From Planctomycetota bacterium (GTDB lineage Bacteria > Planctomycetota > SZUA-567 > H5-PLA8): DNA of 64,000 nt. Numbering within the stretch: position 1 is the stretch's first letter; each line of letters starts with the position of its first letter. The stretch lies in the NCBI GenBank assembly GCA_045863855.1, contig BTVV01000026.1, positions 1 to 64,000 on the forward strand, given 5' to 3'. The notes beneath the pieces are model-generated. The model ran no database searches, was not told where the DNA came from, and saw nothing but the letters and a program-made list of their open reading frames with translations. Shown here in pieces: positions 19,205 through 29,219 of the stretch. A program made the position numbers and the translations under genes.

Positions 19205-20983
19205 GTGACTCGCTACCCAGCCGGATTCCCTATAAAGGTGGCCCTCGCCACGCTCGCGCTCATGGCGATCCCCAACGCCTTCGCGCAGGATGCGCCGGCC
19301 GAACCGTACTGCCCCGTCGCGAAACCCACTCCCATTCCGGACGGCCTGGGCCTGACCTTCAGCGCCGATGCGCAAATCACGCTCGAGCAGCGCCGCGAAG
19401 AACTCAAGCAGGTCGCTCAGAAGCCCGCCGAAGAACTGCCCGCCCGTGCGCTGCGTTGGTTGATTCACCAGGTCGATAAGCCTTTCGAACTGCGCGACGC
19501 GGCGCTCGAAACGCTCTTTATGTGGGACGTGCCTTGGTTCGTCGACGACGTGGCGGGGATGCTGGAAGACGCGCCGCAGCCGGAAAAGTGGCGCGCGCAT
19601 ATGACCCGCATTCTCGCGCTCTATCAGGGCCGCAACTTCGACAAGGAGTCCTATCAGGCGCTGGAGAAGGCCGCCGCCTCGAAGGACCCCGTGGTTCGCA
19701 ATTCCGCGCTGCTGGAACTGGCCGGACTTTGCCGTGAATACCGCTACCCGCAAACCAATCCGGAACGCCACCGCAAGCAGGTCGAACTGATCGGCGCGGC
19801 GCTCCAGGATGCCGATGCGAAGGTTCAAGAGACCGCGATTCGCGCCGCCGGCATCGCCGGCCTGAAAGAACACGCCGCCGCGGTGGAGCAGGCCGCCGCC
19901 GATGCCCAGCGCCCGCAGACCCAGCGCCTGGCCGCGTTGGAAGCCCTGAAAACCCTCGCGCGCCCCAGTTCGCTGGCCGCCGTCGACACCTGCGCGGCGG
20001 TCCAGGAAATGAAAGCCGCCGCCGAAGCCGCGCGCCCCTACGTCCTCGTCGCGCGCCTCGCCTCGGCCGATGCCGCCGAACGCGCCGGCGCCTACGCGTC
20101 GCTCGACGAACTCGGCGCCGCGGCCCGCGAAGCGCTCTGGACCGCGCTCCTCCAGCCCGAACAGCCGGCCCTCGTCCTCGTCAAAGCGCTTCTGGCCAAG
20201 AAAATGGCCGCCGAATACGCGCTCCCGCCCCTCGATCATACCCTCGTCACCGGCATGGGCGGCGATCCGGCCAAGAACAAGCCCGGACACCCCCACGTGC
20301 GGATCAACAAAGACCAGCGCATCATCGTCGTCGATGCCGAATTCAGTCTTGAGTCCGGCCCCCTGGAATACCTCGTCGTCTGCAAGGGCGAGAACGCCAA
20401 GATGCACGAGACCGCGCTCGCACTCGACTGCTTGCCTATGGACCTCGTCTACGCCCTCTTCGCCGCCAAGTACACCTACGTCGGCGAACTGCGCGACGAA
20501 GGCAAGATCAACCTGCCCAAAGGCGCCGGCGTGATGCTTTCCATCGAATTCGAATTTGTCGAACCGGCCCCAGCCGGCGAAGTCAAGAAGCGCATCCGCG
20601 TCCCCGCCGAAACGCTCGTCTGGAACAGCCGCACCGGAAAGCCCATGCGCCGCGCGCCTTGGGCCTTCACCGGTTCGCAGATGGTCAAAGACCCCAACTC
20701 CGGCAAGGATGTCCTGATGGCGGTGATCGAAAAGTCCGTCGCCGCGATCATGGCCGATCCCAACGCGCTGCTCAATACGCCCCTCGATACCGCCGAGAAA
20801 GCGAACGTCGGGCAGGACCGCGAGGGCGCCTTCTACGAAGTCAACCGCGCCTTCATGCCCAAGAAGGGAACCAAGTGCATGCTGATCCTCGAACCCTGGA
20901 ACGGCGACGAACTCACTTCCGCCGATGTCACCGATACGAATCAAGAACCCAAAACCCTCGAGAAGGAAAAGCAGACGCCCTGA
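19205..20983 (+). CDS. Secreted HEAT-repeat protein with C-terminal YdjY-like domain
   Basis: AGGAG RBS then GTG; signal peptide ending NAFA; SKDPVVRNSAL, DADAKVQETAI; LEYLVVCKGENAKMHET and WAFTGS typical of YdjY. Confidence 0.65.
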   Translation: MTRYPAGFPIKVALATLALMAIPNAFAQDAPAEPYCPVAKPTPIPDGLGLTFSADAQITLEQRREELKQVAQKPAEELPARALRWLIHQVDKPFELRDAALETLFMWDVPWFVDDVAGMLEDAPQPEKWRAHMTRILALYQGRNFDKESYQALEKAAASKDPVVRNSALLELAGLCREYRYPQTNPERHRKQVELIGAALQDADAKVQETAIRAAGIAGLKEHAAAVEQAAADAQRPQTQRLAALEALKTLARPSSLAAVDTCAAVQEMKAAAEAARPYVLVARLASADAAERAGAYASLDELGAAAREALWTALLQPEQPALVLVKALLAKKMAAEYALPPLDHTLVTGMGGDPAKNKPGHPHVRINKDQRIIVVDAEFSLESGPLEYLVVCKGENAKMHETALALDCLPMDLVYALFAAKYTYVGELRDEGKINLPKGAGVMLSIEFEFVEPAPAGEVKKRIRVPAETLVWNSRTGKPMRRAPWAFTGSQMVKDPNSGKDVLMAVIEKSVAAIMADPNALLNTPLDTAEKANVGQDREGAFYEVNRAFMPKKGTKCMLILEPWNGDELTSADVTDTNQEPKTLEKEKQTP

Positions 20984-21952
20984 TTGAGCACCCAAGCGCC
21001 GCTAACCGCACCGCCGCCCGCTCCGCCGCTCACGCTTGAAGCGACAGCGGCCGCGCCCTCGAAACCGCCGCCGCTGGCCCAGGCTCTGCGCGGAGCGTGG
21101 CAAGCGCTGCCGCGCGCGCTGGCCCATGGGCTCTATTCCGGAGCCACCCTCGCAGGCGCCGCCGCGGCGCTGGCTGCCGGAACGCTCGTCACGCTGCTTC
21201 TGAACAGCGTACTCAAAACGCCGCCGCAGCCTCAGGCCACGCCGCCGGCCGCTCAAGCCGCTTCCTACGTCCTCGGCTTCGTCTTCCTGGCGCTTGCCCT
21301 CGCGCGCTCGCCACGAGCCGGCGACCGGCCGTGGGCCGCGCTGAGTTCCTGGATTCAACTGGCGCTCTGGACCGCCGCCGCTTGTGCGGGGCTCAAGTTC
21401 GCCGGCGGTGCTCAGGTCGGCTGGACCGTGACGCTCACCCTGGCCGCGTACCTCTGCGCCTACCAGGCGGCGGTGCTGGGCTTTTCGAGTCTGCTGGCGG
21501 TCTGGCTGGGGCGCTACGCGCAGGCCGGGCGCATGACGCTGGCGCTCGTACTCGCGCTCGTCATCGCGGGGTTGCTCTGGACCCGCACGCCGCTCTTGGC
21601 GCTCTACAAACAGGATCGAGCGCTGGGACGCTGGGGCGCGGACGCCGTTTTGAACCTCAGCCCCACCACCGGCTTTGCCGCCGTCTGGAACGTCGGCCCC
21701 GGCGGGCACGATCTGCTCAAGGGCGAGATTACCTACCAGCGCTGGGTCGGCATGTACGACCTGCTGCCCTACCCGCGGCTCTGGCCCGAACGCTACGCGC
21801 GCATCCAAGCCCCGCCGCCCAGCGCGCCGCCCGGTACGCCGCCGCTCAAGGTCAACGGCGTCAATCCCGGCCTCGTTCTCGCCTTCGGCTCCTGGGGTTT
21901 GGTGCTTCTCCTCCTCGCCGAAACCGCGCGAGGAGGGCCCATTAAAAGTTAA
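20984..21952 (+). CDS. Multi-pass membrane protein of unknown function
   Basis: Six or more hydrophobic helices; TTG start abuts the upstream stop. Confidence 0.6.
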   Translation: MSTQAPLTAPPPAPPLTLEATAAAPSKPPPLAQALRGAWQALPRALAHGLYSGATLAGAAAALAAGTLVTLLLNSVLKTPPQPQATPPAAQAASYVLGFVFLALALARSPRAGDRPWAALSSWIQLALWTAAACAGLKFAGGAQVGWTVTLTLAAYLCAYQAAVLGFSSLLAVWLGRYAQAGRMTLALVLALVIAGLLWTRTPLLALYKQDRALGRWGADAVLNLSPTTGFAAVWNVGPGGHDLLKGEITYQRWVGMYDLLPYPRLWPERYARIQAPPPSAPPGTPPLKVNGVNPGLVLAFGSWGLVLLLLAETARGGPIKS

Positions 21953-22046
21953 AGCGATATGCTAAATGTGTGTCCGTCCACTTATTCCCATAGGGGAATC
22001 GCCTTAAGGCATAGGATTTAACCACGCCTTTTGCTTTTCAATTCGC

Positions 22047-22766
22047 CTACCTTCCCAATCCGCCCAGCCCGCCCTCGAACGCCCGGTTCACCGCGTCCTT
22101 CGCTTCCTGCCGCTTGGCCGCTTCTTCCGGCGTGCACTCCGTCACCGGCAAAAACGCCACCGCACCCGGCTTGACGTCCTGATGCAGCATCCGCAGCACG
22201 CCCAGCACCGCGACGGCCTTCATTTCCGGCGCCGCCTCCACGTAAACCGTCGCCTTAGGCATCTGCTTCACCAAGCCCTGCAACAGCCCATGCGAGACAT
22301 TCAAACGCTTACCGCCGTTTTCCGTCTGTACGCCTTGCGGCCCTTCGAAAAGCGGAAACTTCACCACCTCGCCCTGGCTCGGATCCGCGCCCGGCAGCGG
22401 CAGCGCCACCTCCGCGTTGGGCTTCCCGGGCACCGCGATCCGCGCTTTCTGCACGCCCAACCCCGCCGAAGCCATCAGCAGACTCTTCAAGCCGCCCCAC
22501 GGCGTCGCATCGTCCACGCCGCTCACCAGCACCACGCCAGGCCGCTGGCCGTCATCGTTCGCCGGAGGTACGGCCGTCTTGAGCATTTCGCCGACCGTCC
22601 GCCACGTTTTATCCGGCTCCGCCCAGTTCCCGTCGTTCAGTTTCGTCGCGTTCCCGTTGATCCGAAACGTCGAGCCCAGGAAATCGGCCTTCAGTACCAC
22701 CTCTTCCCCCGCGGCGCTCCAGGCGGCAGCGAGTATCAACACAACGAGCGTTCCCGTGCGAACCAT
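22047..22766 (-). CDS. Exported protein with two ExbD/TolR-like periplasmic modules (tentative)
   Basis: Signal peptide; VVLVSGVDDATPWGGLKSLLMASAGLGVQKARI and VYVEAAPEMKAVAVLGVLRML; AAGGAG RBS. Confidence 0.5.
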   Translation of the reverse strand: MVRTGTLVVLILAAAWSAAGEEVVLKADFLGSTFRINGNATKLNDGNWAEPDKTWRTVGEMLKTAVPPANDDGQRPGVVLVSGVDDATPWGGLKSLLMASAGLGVQKARIAVPGKPNAEVALPLPGADPSQGEVVKFPLFEGPQGVQTENGGKRLNVSHGLLQGLVKQMPKATVYVEAAPEMKAVAVLGVLRMLHQDVKPGAVAFLPVTECTPEEAAKRQEAKDAVNRAFEGGLGGLGR

Positions 22767-22885
22767 GCGCTTCGACTCCTTTAAAGGATGCGGTGCCTTA
22801 GTAGTCTAACGTACCGGCGACCGCAAATCGTTCACCCATTGTTAGACCGGCCGGATCGAAAAGTTCTTCAAGCCGGGCGGTCCTC

Positions 22886-22914
22886 TTGACAGGGGCCTCA
22901 CGGTCCCCGAAAAT
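22886..22914 (+). promoter_or_regulatory. Putative sigma70 promoter of the synthase-exporter operon
   Basis: TTGACA-N17-GAAAAT. Confidence 0.4.
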
Positions 22915-22990
22915 GGAATGCTCTCGTGCAGGATGGCGGCCCCGGTTGCGGGGCCGATGTTGTTAACGGGCAAGCCTTTGGAGATGCGGC

Positions 22991-23890
22991 GTGGCGGAAC
23001 CGGCAAGCGCACGGCTGTCCGATGCCGAGGCGTTGGAAGCCTCGTTTCTGCACTGCGTCCACGTCACCAAAGAGCAGGCCAAGAACTTCCACTTTGCGTT
23101 TCAAGTGCTGCCGCCCGAACGCTACCGCGGCATCTGCGCCCTCTACGCCTTCGCCCGCTTGGCCGACGACTACAGCGACGACGAGTCCGATCCGCAGCGC
23201 GCGCTGGCCAACGCCGCCAAGCTCCGCGAGTGGCTTCAGCGCGCGCTCGACGGGAAACCCGACCGCCATCTCATTCTGCCCGCCGTCGCCGATACCGTGC
23301 GGCGCTTCAAGGTCAATCCCGAGTACCTCTTCGAACTGATCGCCGGAACCGAGATGGACGCCGTCAAGAAGCGCTACGCCACCTGGGACGAGTCCTACCG
23401 CTACTGCTACCTCGTCGCGAGCGTGATCGGCTTGATGACCATCCACGTCTTCGGCTTCCGCGACCCCGAAGGCAAGGCGCTCAAGCTGGCCGAGGAAACC
23501 GGCATCGCGTTCCAGCTCACCAACATCCTGCGTGACATTAAAGAAGACGTCCAGGAGCGCGACCGCATCTACCTCCCGCAGGAAGACCTCGCGCGCTTCG
23601 GCATCGGAGAAGAGCAGGTCCGCGCGGGCGCCGATTCGCCGGCCTTCCGCGAACTCGTCAAGTTCGAGGTCGAACGCGCCAAGAGCTACTACCGCGCCGG
23701 CGAGGCCCTCGTGCCGCTCATGGAACCCGACGGCCGCCCCGCGTTGGAAGTCCTGGTCAAGATTTACCGCCGTTTGCTCGAAGAGATCGAGAAGCGCGAG
23801 TACGACGTGTTGACCGAACGCGTCAGCCTCAGCACCATGGAAAAGATGCGCCTCGCGGGCTCCTTCGCCCTCAAGTCGTTGTTGAAGTAG
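22991..23890 (+). CDS. Squalene/phytoene synthase family (HpnD/CrtB-like)
   Basis: YAFARLADDYSD, YCYLVAS, QLTNILRDIKED, RIYLP; GGAGA RBS. Confidence 0.92.
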   Translation: MAEPASARLSDAEALEASFLHCVHVTKEQAKNFHFAFQVLPPERYRGICALYAFARLADDYSDDESDPQRALANAAKLREWLQRALDGKPDRHLILPAVADTVRRFKVNPEYLFELIAGTEMDAVKKRYATWDESYRYCYLVASVIGLMTIHVFGFRDPEGKALKLAEETGIAFQLTNILRDIKEDVQERDRIYLPQEDLARFGIGEEQVRAGADSPAFRELVKFEVERAKSYYRAGEALVPLMEPDGRPALEVLVKIYRRLLEEIEKREYDVLTERVSLSTMEKMRLAGSFALKSLLK

Positions 23891-23929
23891 GTCCTCTGGC
23901 CACACCGGAATAAGGCGGTACGGGAATCG

Positions 23930-25054
23930 ATGATCGCACTGGCGTTGAGAATCATCGCGCACCGGCCGATGCGCTACCTCGTCGCGCTGCTGGGCATCAG
24001 CGTCGCCGCGGGGCTGGCCTTGATCCAGTTGGGGCTCTACTTCGGCTTCAAGGAAAACGCCTCGGTCATCGTCGACCACACGCCCGGCGACGTTTGGGTC
24101 TGCGCGCGGTTCCAGGACAACTTCGATTTCCCCAACCTGCTCACCGAAGACCAACTCGTCAAAGTCCGCTCCGTCTCCGGTGTGGCTTGGGCCGCGCCCA
24201 TGCTGATCCTCTTCAGAGACTGGCGCCTCCCCGACGGTTCGCAGCAGACCGTCCAGGTCATCGGCTTCGACGCCGTCCGCGGCCTGCCCGGCGGACCGTG
24301 GCGCATGGACGAAGGCTTCCCCGAAGACCTCGCCCCGCTGGGCCACGTCACCGTCGATCTGCGCACCCGCCGCAAACTCGCCAACCCCAAGCCCGGCGAT
24401 TGGGCCGAGATCAACGGAAAGCGCGTCTTCATCGCCGGACTTACCGATGGCATCCAGTCCTTCCAGGGCAACCCCATCGTCTTCTGCGACATGGAAACCG
24501 CCCGCACCGTCGGCGGCCTGCACGATGACCACCTCCACTACGTGATCGTCGGACTCGAACCCGGCGCCGAACCCGCCGACGTCCTCGCACGCATCGCCGC
24601 GCTCGATTACGTCGAAGCCTACTCCAGCGCCGATTTCTCCGTGAAAGCGCAGCGCTACTGGCTCGAAAGCACCGGAGCGGGCACCGCACTCTTCTTCGCC
24701 GCCATGATGGGTCTCGTCGTCGGCATCGTCGTCGCCGGCCAGGTCCTCTACACCAGCACCATCGAACACCTCAAGGAATACGGCACGCTCAAGGCGATCG
24801 GCGCCACCAATGCGCAGGTCTCCGTCGCGATCATCGCCCAAGCCATCAGTTGGGCGCTCCCCGCCCACTTGATCGCCGGCATCCTGCTCTGGATCGCGAT
24901 GCAGAAAATCCAAGGCAAAGGCATTCACCTGGCCCTCGACGCGCCGACCTACGCGTGGCTGGGGCTGGGCACCGTGGTGGTTTGCGTCTGCGCTTCGATC
25001 CTTTCGGTCCTGCGCATCATGCAGGTCCAGCCGGCCGACGTCTTCAAGGGCTGA
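23930..25054 (+). CDS. ABC transporter permease, DevC/FtsX-MacB type
   Basis: TM1, periplasmic domain, EHLKEYGTLKAIGA, three C-terminal TMs, PADVF end. Confidence 0.85.
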   Translation: MIALALRIIAHRPMRYLVALLGISVAAGLALIQLGLYFGFKENASVIVDHTPGDVWVCARFQDNFDFPNLLTEDQLVKVRSVSGVAWAAPMLILFRDWRLPDGSQQTVQVIGFDAVRGLPGGPWRMDEGFPEDLAPLGHVTVDLRTRRKLANPKPGDWAEINGKRVFIAGLTDGIQSFQGNPIVFCDMETARTVGGLHDDHLHYVIVGLEPGAEPADVLARIAALDYVEAYSSADFSVKAQRYWLESTGAGTALFFAAMMGLVVGIVVAGQVLYTSTIEHLKEYGTLKAIGATNAQVSVAIIAQAISWALPAHLIAGILLWIAMQKIQGKGIHLALDAPTYAWLGLGTVVVCVCASILSVLRIMQVQPADVFKG

Positions 25055-25101
25055 CGGTTCCCGCCGCGGGCGCGGAATCGTTGACGAGATAGGTGGTACC
25101 G

Positions 25102-26802
25102 ATGGGCAAGTGGCTTCTCGTTCTGATCGTGCTGGCGAGCTTGGGCTTCATCGCCGTGGTGCTCTACTTCAGCGCGCCCGAAGTCGTCGGACTCGAACGC
25201 ACCCTCACCGTCCAGCGCACCGAGATTGACCGCAGCGCGCGCGGCATCGCCCGCGTCGAAAGCGTCAACCACCCGGTGCGCATGAGCTTCCCCGTCACCG
25301 GATTCCTCAAAAGCGTCAAAGTGAAAGAAGGCGAGCGCGTCACGCAGGGCGATATCCTGGCCGAACTGGAAGCCGAACCGTTCGAGATGGCCGTCCGCGA
25401 AGCCGAGGCCGCGCTCGCAGAAGCCCAGGCGCGCGTCGCCCAGCTCCAGGCCAAGCCGCACCCCGAGCAGGCGCGCCAGTTCGAAGAACAGGTCAAACGC
25501 GCCTACGCGCGAGCCGAAGCCGCCAAGGTCCGGCTCAAGGAATTGATGCAGCCCACCGCGCCGCCGCCCGCCGCCGACTGGCTGCTCGAAAAGGCCAAGC
25601 GCGAAGTCGAACTCGCCGCGCACCAGCAAAACGAGGCCGTCTACAACCAGAACCTCGTCCTCAGCCGCCCCTCCGAAGACGAGAAGGCCATCGCCCTCTC
25701 GCGCGTGAACCTCGCCCAGGTGAACCACGAAACCGCGAAGAAGAAGGTCGATGCGGGCCGCAAGACCGCGTGGCCGGGCTCCTACCGCGCCCTCGCCGAA
25801 TGGCAGATCGTCGAAGTCGAAGCCTCCATCGACCAGACCAAGCGCCAGTTGGAGATGGAGCAGGCGCTCTTCGACCAGGCCAAGCGCGGCGCCTCCGAAG
25901 ACGAGAAGCGCGCCGCCAAAGCCCGCGCCGAAGCCGCCCAGGCGCGCTACCTGATCGCCGTCAACGAACTCAAGCGTCTCCAGTCCCCCGCCGCGCCGCC
26001 GCCCGCCCCCGCCCACGAAATCGAACTCGCACGCCTCGAACTCGCGCAAGCGGAAGCCACCCACCGCGAAGCCCAGGCCGCCCAGGCCCTCGCGCTGGCC
26101 GGCCCGCGTGCCGAAGACCTCGCCGTCCTCCAGACCGGTGTCGCGCGCGCCCAGGCCGCGCTCGAAAAAGCCAAAGCCCAGCGCGCGCTCACCGTCCTAC
26201 GCGCCCCCTTCGACGGAGCCGTCACCGGTCGATTCCTCGAACCCGGCAGCGCGCCGCCCCCGCACGCCGCCGTCCTCGAACTCGCCGACACCTCGCATCT
26301 CCAGGTCCGCGCCGAACTCGACGCGCTCTGGTCCGCCGAACTCGGCGTCGGACAGTCCGTCGAACTTAGCGGCAACGTCCTCCCCGGCGGCAAAATCGGC
26401 GGCAAGATCATCCGCTTCATCGACGAAGTCGGGCCCAAGACCCTCTTCAGCAAGGACCCCACCGAACCCCTCGGCGGAGAAGTCGTCATCGCCGTCGTCG
26501 CCCTCGATCCGCCCCAGAGCGACGACGAAAAAGCCTCGCACAAAGCCCTCCGCCCGGGCCTGCGCCTCGACGCCAAGATCGATTTCGAGAAGCGCGAGAA
26601 CGTGCTCGCCATACCGCGCAATTACGTCACCGTCGAAGAAGGGAAGTACGTTGTCTACAAGTACGAGTCCGACGGCGCGCAGTCGCGCAAAGCCAAGCAG
26701 GAAGTCGCCCTCGGCTTTCGCGACGGCCTCCACGTCGAAGTCCTGACCGGACTCGTCGAAGGCGACCGCATCGTCAAACCCCAGCGCGCCGCCACGCCGT
26801 AA
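25102..26802 (+). CDS. HlyD/DevB-like periplasmic adaptor with very long alpha-helical region
   Basis: N-terminal anchor; VKVKEGERVTQGDILAEL and LRAPFDGAV lipoyl halves; VEVLTGLVEGDRIV. Confidence 0.88.
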   Translation: MGKWLLVLIVLASLGFIAVVLYFSAPEVVGLERTLTVQRTEIDRSARGIARVESVNHPVRMSFPVTGFLKSVKVKEGERVTQGDILAELEAEPFEMAVREAEAALAEAQARVAQLQAKPHPEQARQFEEQVKRAYARAEAAKVRLKELMQPTAPPPAADWLLEKAKREVELAAHQQNEAVYNQNLVLSRPSEDEKAIALSRVNLAQVNHETAKKKVDAGRKTAWPGSYRALAEWQIVEVEASIDQTKRQLEMEQALFDQAKRGASEDEKRAAKARAEAAQARYLIAVNELKRLQSPAAPPPAPAHEIELARLELAQAEATHREAQAAQALALAGPRAEDLAVLQTGVARAQAALEKAKAQRALTVLRAPFDGAVTGRFLEPGSAPPPHAAVLELADTSHLQVRAELDALWSAELGVGQSVELSGNVLPGGKIGGKIIRFIDEVGPKTLFSKDPTEPLGGEVVIAVVALDPPQSDDEKASHKALRPGLRLDAKIDFEKRENVLAIPRNYVTVEEGKYVVYKYESDGAQSRKAKQEVALGFRDGLHVEVLTGLVEGDRIVKPQRAATP

Positions 26803-26877
26803 ACCAGCCTCGCCGCATGGAGCGTCGAAGTTCCGGGCGTTCGCCTTGTTCCAAGGCGCCCGCAGCCTTATTTCCGT

Positions 26878-28986
26878 TCACCGGCCCTTCCGCGGCCCCA
26901 CTTGCGGCAACTCGGCGCCGTACTCGTAAAGCCCCATATCGGGCGCCTTGCCCGTGAACTGCCACGGCGCGGGAACCTCGTCGTTGATGCCTTTGACGAT
27001 CTCGCCCGAGTCCACGCCGGGTTGGCTTTCGTCCATCAGGCGCAGGTCGCCCTTTTCGAGATCCTTGAAGACGGGCATGCCCGAGAGCGAATGCTTTTCG
27101 CCGACGCGGCGCGTGTTGCCGCCGTTGACGGAAGCAAGAAGGTTGTAATCGAAGTCGAGCGTATCCATCAGGACGCACTTGTCGCCGCGGACGCTGTACG
27201 CGGCGCGCCCGCCGATAAGGATATTGTTCCGCGTCCGCATCCAGCGTTCGCCGTCCTGGTCGGGGCAGAAGGCCAATCCGTCGAAGCCAGGATTGGGAAT
27301 CGGCCAGGCCTCCGGCCGCGGTCCGTGGCTGTAAATCTGAAGGTTCTTCTGCGGATAGCAGACGTTGTGATAGTAGAGCGTCTTACCGGCCGCGCCGTTG
27401 CGGACCTTGAAGGCTCCTTGGACGTACTTATCGAAGCTGTTGCGCACCACGAAGAAGGGGCCGATGTCCACCGGAGCGTCGGAAATGCCGTTGATGAAGC
27501 GGCTGAATTGGTTCTCGTAGACACGCCAGTTGACGCCCGGGCCGTCCGGTTCGATGCAATCGTCGTAAACGTGATCGAAGCGGTTGTGATGGATTTCGAT
27601 GTTCTTGCTCAACGCCGGAGCGGGCGGGCCGACGACGTTGTTGAAACCGGATATATAATTGTAGCGGAATACGGTGCCTTGCGCGGGCGAGACGAGGTGC
27701 GTGTCGTTGGCCCCGTTCTTGACCCGGCCCCATGGATCCCAGCGGTTGCCTTTCGAGATCTTCGCCGGCGGAGCGTGGTGCCAGTCGTAGTTCGTGTTGA
27801 AGACGAACGTAGAGTCCTCGATCAGCCCGTACGTCCCGGTGCTGATGTTGTTCCGCCCGTTGTTGCCGTAGACCGCGATGCGCTTGAAATGGATATGGTG
27901 CCCGGCGACCTGGAGGGAGACCGTCAGGTCGAAGGTGAGCCCCTCGACGAGCACGTGATGCCCCTTGAAGGACAGCACGTGCGCGCTCTGACGCTGCGCG
28001 ACGTTGCCGCGGCTGATCTGCACGTCCACCCGGGCCGGATCGTCCATCCCTTCAGGCAGGATCGCGTACAACGCGTCGGGTTCCTGAAGAAAGATGCCGC
28101 ATTTGTTAAGTCCCGTGTAATTCTCGATCAGGTGCGCGACGGTCTGCCCGCGGTGCGGCCCGTTGTACTTGGTCGTATCGTTCTGCATCGCGCGCCAGAG
28201 GAAGTAACCGGTCGTGACGTCGCCGGGCTTTTTGCGGACCATGACGCGGTGCGCATCTTTGACGGGCAGCTTGTAGATCCAGCGCCCGTCCTCATCCTGC
28301 TTGAACTTTTCCCAAGCCAGCTTGCCGGCGCCGCTGAGGGCCGGGTCCGCGTCGGTCACGATCGCGCCGGGCTCGGCCTTGATGTGAAGCCAGGCGTTCT
28401 CCTCGCCGCTCAAGTCGCACGCCAGCGGAGCCAGTACCGGATAGACGCCGGCCGCCAGATGGATCGTGTCGCCGGGGCCGCCGGCAGCGAGCGCCTTCTC
28501 GAGGCTCTTGTAAGGCTGCGCCTGGGAGCCGTCGCCCTCCGCGGCCGCCGCCGGGTTGGCGTAATAATGACGGCCCGAGCCCGTCTTGACCGCGGAGTTG
28601 CGCGTGCGGACCTTCTGAGCGGGAAGCTGCGCCGAAACCCCGTCCGGATCTTCGAACTTCACCTCGACCTCGTACTCGGTGTCTTCCTTCAGGCAGAAGA
28701 TCGAACTGAAGAAGCGCGGATTCTTCGCGCCGCCGCCTTTCGCGTCCGTGGGCTTGTCGCTGACCCGCACCAACGGATGCCCCGTCCGCCAAGCCGACTC
28801 CCCGCTGGCGCGGTACTGAACGGTGCCTCGCGCGTTCGGGCGCACGTCCCCCGTGTACGTCACTTCAACGCCGATGCACTGGAAGGTGGGATCGAGCAGC
28901 AGCTTGCCCGGCACGATCCCGTCGGCCGCAAGCGCGGCTCCGGTCAACAGGGCGCTGGCGAGCAGGAGTCGTTTCGGGGACGCCAT
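26878..28986 (-). CDS. Secreted right-handed parallel beta-helix protein (polysaccharide lyase-like) with N-terminal FN3-like domain
   Basis: AGGAGG RBS; signal peptide; GDGSQAQPYKSL...GPGDTIHLAAGVY; Asn-ladder repeats; APDMGLYE end. Confidence 0.75.
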   Translation of the reverse strand: MASPKRLLLASALLTGAALAADGIVPGKLLLDPTFQCIGVEVTYTGDVRPNARGTVQYRASGESAWRTGHPLVRVSDKPTDAKGGGAKNPRFFSSIFCLKEDTEYEVEVKFEDPDGVSAQLPAQKVRTRNSAVKTGSGRHYYANPAAAAEGDGSQAQPYKSLEKALAAGGPGDTIHLAAGVYPVLAPLACDLSGEENAWLHIKAEPGAIVTDADPALSGAGKLAWEKFKQDEDGRWIYKLPVKDAHRVMVRKKPGDVTTGYFLWRAMQNDTTKYNGPHRGQTVAHLIENYTGLNKCGIFLQEPDALYAILPEGMDDPARVDVQISRGNVAQRQSAHVLSFKGHHVLVEGLTFDLTVSLQVAGHHIHFKRIAVYGNNGRNNISTGTYGLIEDSTFVFNTNYDWHHAPPAKISKGNRWDPWGRVKNGANDTHLVSPAQGTVFRYNYISGFNNVVGPPAPALSKNIEIHHNRFDHVYDDCIEPDGPGVNWRVYENQFSRFINGISDAPVDIGPFFVVRNSFDKYVQGAFKVRNGAAGKTLYYHNVCYPQKNLQIYSHGPRPEAWPIPNPGFDGLAFCPDQDGERWMRTRNNILIGGRAAYSVRGDKCVLMDTLDFDYNLLASVNGGNTRRVGEKHSLSGMPVFKDLEKGDLRLMDESQPGVDSGEIVKGINDEVPAPWQFTGKAPDMGLYEYGAELPQVGPRKGR

Positions 28987-29000
28987 GAGCGGTCCTCCTA

Positions 29001-29016
29001 AGTGCACTAGTACACT
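29001..29016. promoter_or_regulatory. Near-perfect 16-bp palindrome adjacent to the RBS (candidate operator)
   Basis: AGTGCACTAGTACACT. Confidence 0.4.
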
Positions 29017-29219
29017 CGATACACCGCTCATAAGCCCGAATGCGGGCAAAATTCCTCTTAGTAAGGGGGATTCCTGCGCCACTCCAGGAGGGGGCGTATA
29101 GCTGGGTCGTACCAATCGAGGCGATGGCCGGTCGAAGGCTGGTGGACCAGCGGCAGCTTGCTGCCGCCGCACAGCCATGCGTCCAGCGGCCGGATAAGCC
29201 CGCCACTGCTCGCATGCAA

